64,000 nt of DNA from Alkalispirochaeta sp. (GCA_965242725.1 CBDESZ010000027.1:32001-96000); one strand, 5' to 3'. Counted from the stretch's first letter, positions 40,024 to 51,678 are shown. Notes: generated from the letters alone by a model not told the origin. Made by a program: numbers and translations.

Positions 40024-40989
40024 TCACACGGAGCGGGACAACCGAATATAGGCGAGTGAGGCGAGAACAACCGATGCGCCGAATATTGTCTGTAACCCCG
40101 GTACTTCTCCAAACAGAAAGGCGGCGAGAATGGAAGCGAATACCGGTTCCATAAGTATGGAGAGAGAAACGTCGGGAGCCGAGACATAACGGAGAGTCCA
40201 GTTGAGGAGGCTGTGTCCGAGGATGGTACAGAAAACGGCAAGGGCGGCAAAAATCATGTATTCCCGGAGGGCATACGGATAGAGGGGCCGGCGAAATACG
40301 CCGGCAAGCCCGATCAGCACGAGCGCAGCTACAAGATGAACGGAGAAGTTGTACCACCTCGCCGTCATCGTTCGCCGAACAAAGCTACCGATCACAATAT
40401 ACCCTGCAACGGCAACCGCACCCCCCGCGGCAAGCAGATCACCTCCCAGTGTCGGGACGCGGCCGCTGACGCTGCCGCCTCCGGCGAGGACCACCGCGCC
40501 GATGAGGGCCGCAATGGTCCCTCCGAGACGCTTCATTTCAATGGGTCGGCCCAGAAACAGCGCCGAGCCGACGAGGACAATGACGGGGTGAATCGTAACA
40601 AGAACCGTGGAATGAACAACACTCGTGTATGAAAGGGAGGTGATCCACGTCGCAAAATGGAGCGCAAGAAACGTTCCGCTTGCAATGACAAGAATCGCCG
40701 GGCGTCGCACACCCCGTTGGATTCCGTCGGGAGACACCCCTTCCGACGGGGACTCCGGAGACGTCTGGGACGTCGAAGGCAGTGACGTACCGGGCCGGAA
40801 AGAAGGAATATAAGAAGTACCGCGCCGGAATCCGGTAACGACCGGTCCGAAGGAGAGGAGGACTGCGGCGATGATCATTCTCCAGGCGGCGACAACGAGG
40901 GGCGGCGCCGTACTCAGCCGGACGAGTATCGATGAGAGAGAGGTGAATGCAACGGCAATCACCATGATCACGTGGGCGTAACGGGCCAC
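40024..40989 (-). CDS. DMT/EamA family transporter
   Basis: About 10 hydrophobic segments; LALHFATWITSL, LGHSLLNW, EPVFAS. Confidence 0.9.
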   Translation of the reverse strand: MARYAHVIMVIAVAFTSLSSILVRLSTAPPLVVAAWRMIIAAVLLSFGPVVTGFRRGTSYIPSFRPGTSLPSTSQTSPESPSEGVSPDGIQRGVRRPAILVIASGTFLALHFATWITSLSYTSVVHSTVLVTIHPVIVLVGSALFLGRPIEMKRLGGTIAALIGAVVLAGGGSVSGRVPTLGGDLLAAGGAVAVAGYIVIGSFVRRTMTARWYNFSVHLVAALVLIGLAGVFRRPLYPYALREYMIFAALAVFCTILGHSLLNWTLRYVSAPDVSLSILMEPVFASILAAFLFGEVPGLQTIFGASVVLASLAYIRLSRSV

Positions 40990-41003
40990 CCCTCTGCCGT
41001 CGC

Positions 41004-41576
41004 TCAGGTCAGTACGTCCGAGAGAGGAAGATCCCCCATGAAACTCATCGCCTGGACGCAGTGTTCAAAGAGGCGCATACACTGCCGTGCATCGTCTCTG
41101 GCACGATGAGCCGTGTTTGCCGGAATTCCGAGCATTTCCACGAGGTTCTGTAAGGAGTAGCTCTTCTTGCCGGGAAACGCCTTCTGGGCGAGGGTCTGGG
41201 TATCGATAATCAGATTTTCCACCGTCGGCAGGCCGCTTCGCTGCAGTTCCGCCCGTAAGAAACTTGTATCAAACTCGGCGTTATGGGCGAGGAGAATCGC
41301 ATCTCCCGCAAATTCCATGAATCGCGGCAACACCGCTTCGGTGGGGGCTTTCCCCGCAACCATGGTGTCGTCTATACCGCTGACCCGTGCAGCGTCTACG
41401 TGTATCGGCCGCCCCGGATTTGCAAGCTCTTCAAACTCCGCGAGCTCCTGCCCGATGGTAAACCGGACGGCGCCGAATTCAACGACCCGGTCAACCGCCG
41501 GATGAAGTCCCGTCGTCTCAAAATCAAATGCAACAAAGGTAAATTCAGCTACCCCTTTGGTGGTATCTACAATCAC
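41004..41576 (-). CDS. DEDDh 3'-5' exonuclease (DnaQ-like)
   Basis: FDFETTG, AHNAEFD, IDT, HRARDDA. Confidence 0.92.
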   Translation of the reverse strand: MIVDTTKGVAEFTFVAFDFETTGLHPAVDRVVEFGAVRFTIGQELAEFEELANPGRPIHVDAARVSGIDDTMVAGKAPTEAVLPRFMEFAGDAILLAHNAEFDTSFLRAELQRSGLPTVENLIIDTQTLAQKAFPGKKSYSLQNLVEMLGIPANTAHRARDDARQCMRLFEHCVQAMSFMGDLPLSDVLT

Positions 41577-43383
41577 CGTCCTGCACCCCTTTCAGCCTTT
41601 TCAATGATGCTCCGGATATCTCCGTCGATCGCCGCGATTCGGGCGGCAACCTGACGGCGTGCCTCGTCGAGGGGTGTCCCCGGAGCGGAGTGACAGCTCG
41701 CATAGAACTTGATTTTCGGCTCCGTTCCGGAGGGACGGGCGCTCACCTTGCTGCCGTCGCTGAGGAAGAACTGCAGCACATTTGAGGAAGGCAGCCCCGG
41801 CCCTTTGGTAATGGACGGCTTGCCGTCCTCCCCTCCCGTTGAATAGTCGGTGACCCTGTCATTCTTGATATCCAGGATCTTCCCGACCGCAACGCCTCCG
41901 AGTTCCCGGGGCGGATTCTCCCGCAGGTCCTTCATCACACCGGCCATGATCTGTTGCCCCGACTGCCCTCGAAATATTTTGAGGTTGTCTGCTCTTCCCA
42001 GTATCCGAAGCGGTCCCAGAGCTGCTCAAGCCGCTCAAGCACGCTGATGCCTTTACTGCGCCAGTGCAGTGCCATCTCGATGGTCATCATCGTTGCGGTG
42101 ATGCTGTCTTTGTCCCGCACCTCCGTACCGATCAGGTATCCGTAGCTTTCTTCGTCACCCATGATGAAGACGGGAGAGCCCGGTTCTTCCTCGAGCTTCC
42201 GCATGATTGCGGCGATATGCTTGAAACCGGTGAGGGTCTGATACACTTTTGCGCCGTAGTACTCAGCAACGGCGTTCTGCAACTCCGTCGTGACCACCGT
42301 CGTCACGAAGGCGGGATTCTCCGGCAGCGTACCCGACTCTTTTCGCTGACCAAGTATGTAGTCCGCCAATAAGACACCAAGCTGATTGCCGGTAATCAGC
42401 TGCATATCGTCCCCGACGGGAACGGCAATTCCCACCCGGTCGGCGTCGGGATCGGTACCGATGACGATGTCCGCGCGTTTTTCCCGGCCCAGTGCAACGG
42501 CCATTTCCATCGCACTCGCCTCCTCCGGATTGGGAAACTTCACCGTAGGAAATTCGCCGTCCGGCTCCCGCTGTTCCGGCACGGTAATGACCTTCACACC
42601 GAGCTGGTTCAGTACCGGCTCCACCATGATCGCACCGGTGCCGTGCAGGGGCGTGTAGACCGCCGTCACCTCGGATCCCTTCCGCTGAAGCAGTTCAGGC
42701 TGCACCGATTGCCGTTTCACCATGGCGATAAACTTCTCGTCGATTTCCTCGTCGATATAAACGAGGAGCCCCTTTTCGAGGGCTTCCGACTCCGACAGAG
42801 AGACAATTCCCTCCGGCTTTACGGTCATGACAGTCTCGATAATCGCGGTATCGTGGGGTGCGACAATTTGTGCACCGTCGCCCCAGTACACCTTGTACCC
42901 GTTGTACTGCGGGGGATTGTGACTCGCCGTCACCATGACCCCCACCGACGCATCAAGCTCACGGACCGCAAAGGAAAGCTCAGGTGTCGGTCTCAGAGCG
43001 CTGAACAGGTACGCTTTAATGCCGTGAGCCGCAAATACGAGCGCCGCCGAGAGGGCGAACTCCCGGGAATAGCGACGACAGTCGTAGGAAATCACCGCCG
43101 AACGGGTGCCGTCGGCGGCGCTTTTCCCTTCTTGTTTTACATACCGGGCAAGTCCCGTCGTTGCGCGGGCGATGACAAAGGGATTCATACGGTTGAAACC
43201 TCCGCCGATCACGCCGCGAAGACCGCCGGTGCCGAACTCAAGATCTGTATAAAACCGGTCCGCCAGTTCGTCCCACTCTTCGTTATTCAAAAGACGTCGA
43301 ACTTCGTCGGCAAAGGTCTTGTCCTGCTCCGCCGAAATATACCGGTCTGCGGCGTTTTTAACTTCTTCCCGATTCATCATCAT
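41573..43383 (-). CDS. Phospho-sugar mutase (phosphoglucomutase/phosphomannomutase); -1 frameshift near 41966
   Basis: FGTGGLRG, TASHNP, DPDADR, EESYG; C-terminal RPSGTEPKIKFY in the adjacent frame. Confidence 0.92.
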
Positions 43384-44072
43384 TCTCCTTCGGTAGGTTA
43401 CACAGAATCTGTCGCAATTCTTCCACACTATAACACAGGTGCTCCGGATTCGAATCCCGGATTTCCCCGCTGTCACCATATCCCCACATTACGGCGACGG
43501 CAACGCAACCCGCATTTCGCGCGGTTTGCATGTCAATGACGGTATCACCGACAAAACAGCACGCCTCCGCGGAAACACCGCTCCCCGCAAGGAGGGTATG
43601 CACAGAGGCGGGGTCGGGTTTCCGGGGAGCATCATCCCGCTGACCCGATACACCCGCAAATCTGACGGTGGGAAACATCGTCGCCACCACCGTGCGGGCA
43701 ACGTCGTCGGGCTTATTGGTCAGCACATAAAGCGGGATATCCCGCCGCTGGAGTTCCTCGAGAATATCCGTCATCCCGTCGAAGACGGAGGCAAGGTCGG
43801 CGGGGTGGGCGTTCATGTACTCCCGACACTCCATGGTGATCGACCGGACCAGCACCGCATCCTCCCGGGCTTCCGCTCCAAGGGAACGTCTCACCGTTTC
43901 CATCACCCCCCAGCCTATTCTCGTCCGATACGATTCCACCGGGGCGGTGGCAAAACCGTGCCGGCTGAGTACGGTATTCAACGCCTGGGCGATGTCACCG
44001 ATGGTGTCGAGAAGAGTGCCGTCGAGGTCAAAAATTACCGCTGCGGGAAAAACCGATCTTGTCGTCGTGCAC
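43358..44072 (-). CDS. HAD family hydrolase (phosphoglycolate phosphatase-like); probable frameshift in the T5 run after the start
   Basis: In-frame AVIFDLDGTLLDT upstream of the listed ORF, then LTNKP, KPDP, VGDTVID; the nearest GTG (44072) is one base out of frame. Confidence 0.85.
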
Positions 44073-44108
44073 CGCTAAACGGTATCGTCTCCCCACTGGA
44101 AAGGTCAA

Positions 44109-44935
44109 TTGGAACGCGGAGAAGTCGGTTTTCACAACTACTATCGATCAATCTATCCCGAAAGGTGGGATGATATCGTACGGGCGCTTGCACCTTCCCC
44201 CCTCGTACATGGAGCTGCGGGACGGGTTGCTCCAACCCTACTACCTCGACGCGGCATCAGTTGCGGCGGCGAGCCTGCTGCCCCTGGACGACGCGCGGGA
44301 GGTTGTGGATCTCTGCGCCGCGCCGGGAGGTAAGAGCCTCGTTCTCGCCCTGCGGTTGTGGCGTACAGGTCAGGATGGTGATGTCAGGCTGGTGGCAAAC
44401 GAGTTATCGCCGTCGCGCCGGAATCGACTCATACGCGTATTGGACACCCATCTTCCCCCGGAAATGCGCAGCCGGGTATCCGTGTACGGCCATGACGCCG
44501 CGCGCTGGGGCGTCCATCGTCCGGAGAGCGCGGACGCGGTCCTTGCCGACGTTCCCTGTTCATCCGAGGGCCACCTCCTCGGAAACGCGAAGGAGCTCTC
44601 GCGGTGGGGAAAAGGGCGTATCAAACGCAACGTGACCACCCAGCACGCGATCCTTGCCGCCGCCGCCGACTCCGTCCGCCCGGGTGGACACATCCTCTAT
44701 GCAACCTGTGCCCTTACGCCCGAGGAAAATGACGATGTTGTCGAGTGGGTCCTGCGCCGGCGACCGGGAAAACTGACGCCTCTCACGGCGGATGACCTGC
44801 GGGGTCTGCCGGCGGCGGCGGACCATCCCCTCCTTCTCACCGCCGAGACGACGCGGCGGGGGACTCCATATCCTGCCCGACACCTCAGGCGGGGCGGGAC
44901 CGATCTACCTCTCCCTGCTCCGACGCGACGACTGA
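44109..44935 (+). CDS. RsmB/NOP2-family RNA m5C methyltransferase; frameshifts in the C run near 44200 and the G run near 44860
   Basis: LDAAS, DLCAAPGGKS, ANE, DVPCS, YATCA; shifted tail reads GLHILPDTSGGAGPIYLSLLRRDD*. Confidence 0.85.
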
Positions 44936-45010
44936 GACGGAACGGGTCGTGATGATTCACCGTCTTCCGTAGTGACAGAGGAGACACGCTAAGCTACACT
45001 CGCCCCCCCG

Positions 45011-47104
45011 ATGAAAGAGCTCCTTGAACGACTGAATGAACAACAGCGGGAAGCGGTGACGACCATCGACGGACCGCTCCTGATAATCGCGGGCGCCGGA
45101 AGTGGAAAAACGGGCGTCATAACGACCAGGATCGCCTATATGGTCCATCAGGGGATCGACCCCGCGTCAATCCTCGCAATGACCTTCACCAACAAAGCCG
45201 CCGGCGAGATGGAAGAACGGGTCAAGGATCTCCTCATGGCGGTCAAGGATGATCCCGTTTCCGCAAAGGCTGCGGCAAAGGCGCTGACAATCAGCACCTT
45301 TCACGCCTTTGGACTGGCCATGCTCCGCCGGTACGGCCGTCTCGTCGGATATCGCCCCAATTTTACCGTCTACGACTCGGGCGACCAGATCGCCCTATTG
45401 AAAGAGGCTGCCAGGGAACTGAAAATTGCGCCCGACGATCTGGATATATTCGGTGTGCTCCAGCTCTTTTCAGGCATAAAGACCGAACGAATCTCATGGA
45501 ACGACGAACGATGGTACGACATGGCGGCAGCGCTCGGTGAGGCGTCGGGTTACCGCGGCGTCTCCACATTTCGGGACCTCTACCAAAGCTATCAGGAGCA
45601 TCTCGTCACCTTTAACGCCGTCGATTTCGACGATCTCATCGTCAAACCTCTGCAACTCCTCAGGGACAATCCCAAGGTGCGGGGCCACTACGCCGACCAT
45701 TTCCGGTACATCATGGTGGACGAATTTCAGGATACCAGTACGATCCAGTATCGCGTGCTCTATCAGCTGGCTCACGAATGGCGCAACGTCTGCGTCGTCG
45801 GCGATGACGACCAGTCCATTTACAGCTGGCGTGGTGCGGACTACTCCAACCTGGAAAACTTCGAGCGGGACTTTCCGGAGTTCCGGGAGATCAAACTGGA
45901 GCGGAATTACCGATCCACGGGACAGATACTGAGCGCCGCCAACGCCGTTATTGCCAACAACACCAATCGTAAAATCAAGGAGCTCTGGACCCATATCGAA
46001 ACGGGCAATCTCATAGAGCTCTCTTTTCCCGACTCGGACGACCAGGAAGCGGAATTCATCGCGGAAAAGATAAAACTTCTCGCCTATCAGGAGAGTCTTA
46101 CCTACGACGCGTTTGGTATTCTCATCCGGACCAACAGCCAGGCGCGCCTCATCGAGGAGGCGCTGCTCGAAGGTGACATTCCCTATCGCATGTCCGGCGG
46201 CCAGAGTTTCTTTCAGAGGAAGGAAATCAAGGATATCGCCGGCTATATGCGGGTTGTGCTCAACCCCGACGACGACGTCAATCTGCTGCGGACGATCAAT
46301 ACACCCCGACGGGGAATCGGACGACGGACGGTGGAGCAGCTCCATACCGTGGCGGAAGGGCGTAAAATCTCCCTCTACTCGGCGATCAGCCTCGTCATTC
46401 ACGGCGAGGTGCCGGCTGAGGAGCACGGCATCGGAAAAAACGCGGTGGCGAGCCTCTCCGAATATATTGAGCTGATCCAATCGTATCAGGAGCGCTTCTC
46501 CACCACCAGACACCTTGCGGCAACCACGGAGCGGCTCGTTACGGAGCTCGATTACTGGGGATACCTGATACAGGAATTTCAAAAGAGCGAGCGAGCCGCC
46601 AAGGCAAAATGGAAAAACATCGGTTTTTTCATACGATCCATTGACCGGTACGAGACAAACCCCGATATCATCGAACCTTCACTCCAGGGATACCTCAACC
46701 GAATCAGCCTGCAGGTGCGGGACGAACTGAGTGAACAGGCCGATCACGGCAGCGTTCACCTCATGACGATCCACGCTGCCAAGGGGTTGGAGTTTGACAT
46801 CGTATTTCTCGCAGGCGTAGAGGAAGGAATCATTCCTCACGAACGGAGCCTCGAGGAAAACAACGGCAATGTCGAGGAAGAGCGCAGACTCTTTTACGTT
46901 GCCATTACCCGCGCCAGAGACCGCCTCTTCATGACGAGCTGCCGTCGTCGACACGTTCAAAATGAGGTGATCGAGTCGGTTCCTTCACCGTTCATTCAGG
47001 AAATCCCGGCGGAATTGTTGCAGAAGACCGGTACCGATCCCGCGGCGGGTATGGAAATACCGGAAGATCCCTTTGCGATGATGAAAGCCCGTTTTGCCGA
47101 TTGA
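45011..47104 (+). CDS. UvrD/Rep/PcrA family DNA helicase
   Basis: AGAGSGKT, TFTNKAA, VDEFQD, VGDDDQSIY, NYRS, TIHAAKGLEF, EERRLFYVAITRA. Confidence 0.96.
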   Translation: MKELLERLNEQQREAVTTIDGPLLIIAGAGSGKTGVITTRIAYMVHQGIDPASILAMTFTNKAAGEMEERVKDLLMAVKDDPVSAKAAAKALTISTFHAFGLAMLRRYGRLVGYRPNFTVYDSGDQIALLKEAARELKIAPDDLDIFGVLQLFSGIKTERISWNDERWYDMAAALGEASGYRGVSTFRDLYQSYQEHLVTFNAVDFDDLIVKPLQLLRDNPKVRGHYADHFRYIMVDEFQDTSTIQYRVLYQLAHEWRNVCVVGDDDQSIYSWRGADYSNLENFERDFPEFREIKLERNYRSTGQILSAANAVIANNTNRKIKELWTHIETGNLIELSFPDSDDQEAEFIAEKIKLLAYQESLTYDAFGILIRTNSQARLIEEALLEGDIPYRMSGGQSFFQRKEIKDIAGYMRVVLNPDDDVNLLRTINTPRRGIGRRTVEQLHTVAEGRKISLYSAISLVIHGEVPAEEHGIGKNAVASLSEYIELIQSYQERFSTTRHLAATTERLVTELDYWGYLIQEFQKSERAAKAKWKNIGFFIRSIDRYETNPDIIEPSLQGYLNRISLQVRDELSEQADHGSVHLMTIHAAKGLEFDIVFLAGVEEGIIPHERSLEENNGNVEEERRLFYVAITRARDRLFMTSCRRRHVQNEVIESVPSPFIQEIPAELLQKTGTDPAAGMEIPEDPFAMMKARFAD

Positions 47105-47130
47105 CCGTTTTCTCAGTATGTTCTTTCACG

Positions 47131-47793
47131 ATGAGTTCCAAAGACGTGGACCGGGTTCCAATGTTTCCCCTCGGCTTAGTGCTCCTGCCGCGCATGCCCC
47201 TTCCCCTTCACATTTTTGAGGAACGGTACCGTCACATGGTACAGAAGTGTATCTCCGACGGTACTCCCTTCGGTGTGCTCCTCCATACGGGTTCAACTGT
47301 GCAAACCGTTGGATGCCTCGCCCTCGTAGACAGCGTCATCAACCGCTATGACGACGGCAGAATGGATATACTCGCCGTCGGGACGGAGCGGTTCCGCGTG
47401 CGCCACATGTACGACGATAAATCGGTTCTGGAAGCGGATATCGAAATTTTCCACGACAATCCGCTTGATGCGGAGACGGAAAAGAAGATCGACGGCCTCG
47501 TGAGAAACGCCGTGACGGATCTGCAGGAATTTGCCAATACCGCCGGGTACACAATAGATTCCGGAATGCTTGAAGCTATGGACACCGAGGAACTATCCTT
47601 TCTTCTGGCGACCACCGACGTCTTCAGCACCGAAGAAAAGCAGCAGTTCCTTGAGCTTCGATCGACTCCCGACCGTATGCTCCGCGCCGGCAGGGCAATC
47701 GAAAACAGTAAAGAGCGGCTGAATATGTCAAAAACGATTCGGAAAATTCTCGGAAAAGATGCGGATGAAGATATTACACACCTATTCAATTAA
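47131..47793 (+). CDS. Stand-alone Lon substrate-binding (N-terminal) domain protein
   Basis: PMFPL, LPLHIFEERY, DGR, GTERFR. Confidence 0.88.
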   Translation: MSSKDVDRVPMFPLGLVLLPRMPLPLHIFEERYRHMVQKCISDGTPFGVLLHTGSTVQTVGCLALVDSVINRYDDGRMDILAVGTERFRVRHMYDDKSVLEADIEIFHDNPLDAETEKKIDGLVRNAVTDLQEFANTAGYTIDSGMLEAMDTEELSFLLATTDVFSTEEKQQFLELRSTPDRMLRAGRAIENSKERLNMSKTIRKILGKDADEDITHLFN

Positions 47794-47887
47794 GGGCGTG
47801 CGGAATATTGACAATGCGTCGTTCATGACGGATGGTTCATTCAATACGGTCGTGCTCGTGGTAAATTAGCCGAAGCGAGGGTATAAA

Positions 47888-49025
47888 ATGAGCAATTACA
47901 AAACTAGAATTGAAGAAATTTCCACTATTCTTGGAGAGACCGAGGAAGAGTGTAATCGCCGCCGACGGGCAATCGGAAAAGAGTTTGTATCGATCGCCGA
48001 CGGAACGAGTACCGGCGCCGATGTATCGGAGCTCCTCTCAAAATATGAGACAATTACGACGCAAATCGAGCAATCCAGTTCCGCCCTGGAACGGATGATC
48101 CGCATTGACGAACGACAGTCGGAAATCCGCGGAAAAATGAGAAATGTCCAGAAGGAACTTGAGCAGCTTGAGAGCGGAAGAGATCTTGCGGGAGCCTATG
48201 AAGCGGTCGGCGCGTCCGCCTTTCGTCTCTTCAAGGAACACCCCCTCGTCGATGCCACCTACTCGACCGTTTTTTCCGGCGTGGCACGCTTTCAGGACCA
48301 GATGCGTCGCATTGACGCCCAGCCGGAGCAGCTGCAGACCGATCCCGCCGGTCGCTCGTCATCGCTGATCGACAGAATTTCCCGGGGCGGGCGAAACGTC
48401 ATTCTGAGAAACAAGCGTACGGTAAAGGAAAATCAGCTGCCCGGTCTTCTGCAGAAACTCGGCCGTGATCTTGGCACATACCGACTTCTTTGATGCCATG
48501 GACGACGACGAGCTCACCACCGCATCTGAGCCGATCCGCGCGGCGGAACGTCAAAAGAGTGCACTGAAGGAGCAGATCGAGGCATTGAGCGAAGAGTCAC
48601 GGCAGCTGGTGGAGGAGTTCAACGCTCTTTCCGGCGGTTCACGCCTTTCCAAGGCGCAGAAGGACCGCGAAGCGGAAATTGCACAGGCTCAGGAACGGCT
48701 CAACGAGGTGCTCCTTCAACTGGGCGACGAGGCCCGCAACGAGCGTCCCGAATCTCTGACCGCTGAAATCGAGGCACTGGAACACGACGAATCCCGGGCA
48801 CATCACTTTCGATCTATCCTGGAACGGCTGGAACTGGGACAGAAAGCGGAAGCACTCGGAGATGAAATCTCTTCGGACAATGTCCGTATGGCCCGCCTGA
48901 ACGAGCGAATTGCCGCCCTTCAGGACGAAAAGGGCCGGTTGGAACACGAAGTCCGTCAGAAAGAGGCGGAACGGGAGAACCTCATCGCCCGGCGGGGAAA
49001 TGAGGACGAACTGTTCGGCAAATAG
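47888..49025 (+). CDS. Hypothetical coiled-coil protein; frameshift near 48470
   Basis: Two overlapping E/Q/R/L-rich ORFs (47888-48493 and 48465-49025) join if one base is removed. Confidence 0.65.
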
Positions 49026-49027
49026 AC

Positions 49028-51196
49028 GTGGATCTCCACTTTGACGACGAGAAGCTGCCTCTCGCCGCGCGCCTGCGGCCGCGCACGCTGGAGGAGTTTT
49101 TCGGGCAGGAACAGATTGTCGGCTCGGGAAGGCTGTTGCGCCGGGCGATACAGGCAGATCAGCTCACTTCTATCATCCTTTCAGGTCCGCCGGGAACGGG
49201 CAAGACGACTCTCGCCCGAATCATCGCCGCCCGTACCCAGAGCCAGTTTCTCACGATGAACGCCGTCCTGAGCGGCATCAAGGATATTCGCACCGCCATC
49301 GAAGAGGCGAAGGCGTATAGGCAGCAGACAAACCGGCGAACCATACTCTTTGTCGACGAAGTTCATCGCTGGAACAAGTCGCAACAGGACGCCCTCCTTC
49401 CCTGGGTTGAGGACGGTCTCTTCGTTCTCATCGGTGCAACAACGGAAAACCCCTTTTTTGAAGTGAATCGCGCCCTTCTTTCGCGGAGTCGCGTCTTCGT
49501 CCTCCGGGCACTGACGGAAGAGGACCTTGAACATATCCTCGATCTGGCGCTCCATGACGTCCAGCGCGGCTACGGTGACTATGACGTGGTCGTCACGGCC
49601 GACGCCCGGCGCCACCTCGTAACCAAGGCCTCCGGTGATGCCCGTACCCTTCTGAACGCCCTGGAACTGGCGGTGGAAACGAGCGTCGACATCTTTCCGC
49701 CTCCCCGGGGAACGCGAATCACCGTCGATCTCGCGGTGGCGGAAGACAGCATTCAGCAACGGGCGCTTCTCTACGACAAGGACGGCGACTACCATTTTGA
49801 CACCATCAGTGCGTTCATAAAGTCGATACGGGGCTCCGATCCCGATGCAGCGCTCTACTGGCTTGCACGAATGCTGGAAGCCGGGGAAGATCCCCATTTC
49901 ATTTTTCGACGTCTGCTGATTCAGGCTTCCGAAGATATCGGACTTGCAGACCCCGGTGCGCTCGGCGTGGTGACGGCGTGTGCAGACGCCTTTGACCGGG
50001 TAGGATTGCCTGAAGGACGGTTCCATCTCGCCCAGGCAACGCTCTATCTCGCCACGACTGAAAAATCAAACTCCACCCTCGGCCTCTTTGACGCTATTGC
50101 GGCGATACGACAGGGCGGCGACGACGGCGTACCCACCCATCTCAAGGATCCCTCCCGTGACGGTGCGGACATGGGACACGGGAAAGGTTACCTCTATCCC
50201 CACGCCTATGAGCACCACTGGGTCGCCCAGCGTTATCTCCCCGAGGAGTTGAAGGAACAGATCTTCTATCACGGCGGCACTCTCGGCTGGGAGGGCGAAC
50301 GAAACGAGACAATCCGGGAGCGCCGACAGCTTCAACTCGCCGCGATCACTGAAGAAGAGCGTGAACCGTGGAGCGTCGCCCCCGCGGAAGACACAACATC
50401 CCGGTGGAATCGCCGCACAACTGTGCAGGAGAGCGATTCCCGGGCGCTCCGCGACCAGTTGACGGAGGGACTCTCGATCGCTCCCACAGATCGGGTACTT
50501 CTGTACGGCGACGCGGTGCAGCTTCTCCTCTGGCCGATCCACAAACGGGCGTCGGCGGGAATTACTTCGGCATGGACGGACGGGACATCCAGGCAATCGA
50601 TCGTACACACCCTGGGAGACCGCCGGGAAAGCGTATACAGCCCGGAGGTTCATCAGATGGACGACGTACCGGATGACGCATACCCGGGGCCCTTTGATCT
50701 TGTCGTCTACCGCGCCGTCTCACCACTCCTTCCTTCAGGTATACTTCCCCAACTGCTCTCCCGGCTGGCGGAGAACGGCGTCTTTCGCGTCGTTGTCACC
50801 GACATCCATGAAGGTGACAGTCCCGCCTCGATTCTCCCCCTTCCCGGCTCCATTGCGTCGGACCTGAAAAGTATACAGCGCGAGATCTATCCCCCCGCCG
50901 TCGACCAATGGCGGGAAGCGCTCCTTGATGCTATTGAAACGAGGTTGAAGAAACCCGATTCACCGCTCCCTCCGTACCGCCTTGAGGAGCGGGAAGTACG
51001 TCACCCGGTGCGGAGACATCTCTCCCCCGACGTCGTAGCCTCGTGGCTCGCGGAAGGGACGCCACTCGGACGCAGGGCGGGTGAAATCCTTTCCTCCGAC
51101 GATTACAAAAGCCTCCGCCACGCCGTAGCTGAACTGGAGGAGCGGGAGTATCCCTGGACCCGGGTTTATCGCGTCTTTACCGTTGCGCCGCCTTGA
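49028..51196 (+). CDS. rarA: RarA/MgsA AAA+ ATPase with long C-terminal extension
   Basis: [53 protein letters not shown]. Confidence 0.92.
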   Translation: MDLHFDDEKLPLAARLRPRTLEEFFGQEQIVGSGRLLRRAIQADQLTSIILSGPPGTGKTTLARIIAARTQSQFLTMNAVLSGIKDIRTAIEEAKAYRQQTNRRTILFVDEVHRWNKSQQDALLPWVEDGLFVLIGATTENPFFEVNRALLSRSRVFVLRALTEEDLEHILDLALHDVQRGYGDYDVVVTADARRHLVTKASGDARTLLNALELAVETSVDIFPPPRGTRITVDLAVAEDSIQQRALLYDKDGDYHFDTISAFIKSIRGSDPDAALYWLARMLEAGEDPHFIFRRLLIQASEDIGLADPGALGVVTACADAFDRVGLPEGRFHLAQATLYLATTEKSNSTLGLFDAIAAIRQGGDDGVPTHLKDPSRDGADMGHGKGYLYPHAYEHHWVAQRYLPEELKEQIFYHGGTLGWEGERNETIRERRQLQLAAITEEEREPWSVAPAEDTTSRWNRRTTVQESDSRALRDQLTEGLSIAPTDRVLLYGDAVQLLLWPIHKRASAGITSAWTDGTSRQSIVHTLGDRRESVYSPEVHQMDDVPDDAYPGPFDLVVYRAVSPLLPSGILPQLLSRLAENGVFRVVVTDIHEGDSPASILPLPGSIASDLKSIQREIYPPAVDQWREALLDAIETRLKKPDSPLPPYRLEEREVRHPVRRHLSPDVVASWLAEGTPLGRRAGEILSSDDYKSLRHAVAELEEREYPWTRVYRVFTVAPP

Positions 51197-51221
51197 CAAA
51201 AGCGGGTTAATTGGGCATATT
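51193..51221 (+). promoter_or_regulatory. Sigma70 promoter of the tRNA cluster
   Basis: TTGACA (overlapping the rarA TGA)-N17-CATATT. Confidence 0.65.
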
Positions 51222-51234
51222 CCACCGGACTTGC

Positions 51235-51307
51235 GGTGGATGTAGTTCAATGGTAGAGCGCCAGATTGTGGTTCTGGTTGTTGCGGGTTCAAGTCCCGTC
51301 ATCCACC
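51235..51307 (+). tRNA. tRNA-His(GUG) with encoded G-1
   Basis: GTGGATG/CATCCAC stem, anticodon GTG, C73 discriminator. Confidence 0.95.
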
Positions 51308-51314
51308 CTGACGT

Positions 51315-51388
<74 letters not shown>

Positions 51389-51398
51389 CAGAAACCGT

Positions 51399-51471
51399 GG
51401 GCCGTTAGCTCAGCTGGCAGAGCAGCAGACTCTTAATCTGCGGGTCGAAGGTTCGATCCCTTCACGGCTCA
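51399..51471 (+). tRNA. tRNA-Lys(CUU)
   Basis: GGGCCGT/ACGGCTC stem with G2-U71 wobble, loop CTCTTAA. Confidence 0.95.
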
Positions 51472-51547
51472 CATACCGCGTCGCCGAATAATAAGGACGG
51501 ACGCATCGGAGAGCGCTTGACGAATGTGATATCTTTTGGATATCATT

Positions 51548-51629
51548 GCGAGAGTGGTGAAATTGGTATACACGCCAGATTTAGGATCTGGTGCCGTAAG
51601 GCGTAAGGGTTCGAGTCCCTTCTCTCGCA
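51548..51629 (+). tRNA. tRNA-Leu(UAG)
   Basis: GCGAGAG/CTCTCGC stem, loop TTTAGGA, long variable arm. Confidence 0.95.
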
Positions 51630-51678
51630 ATTGAAGGGACCGCCGCCATATTCACCAGTTACAAGTGGTCCCGTATTT

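Noticed and set aside
51517..51546. Internal promoter TTGACG-N18-TATCAT before tRNA-Leu(UAG)
   Set aside because: The implied start site would fall inside the tRNA; the segment is better read as a TGATATC/GATATCA hairpin.
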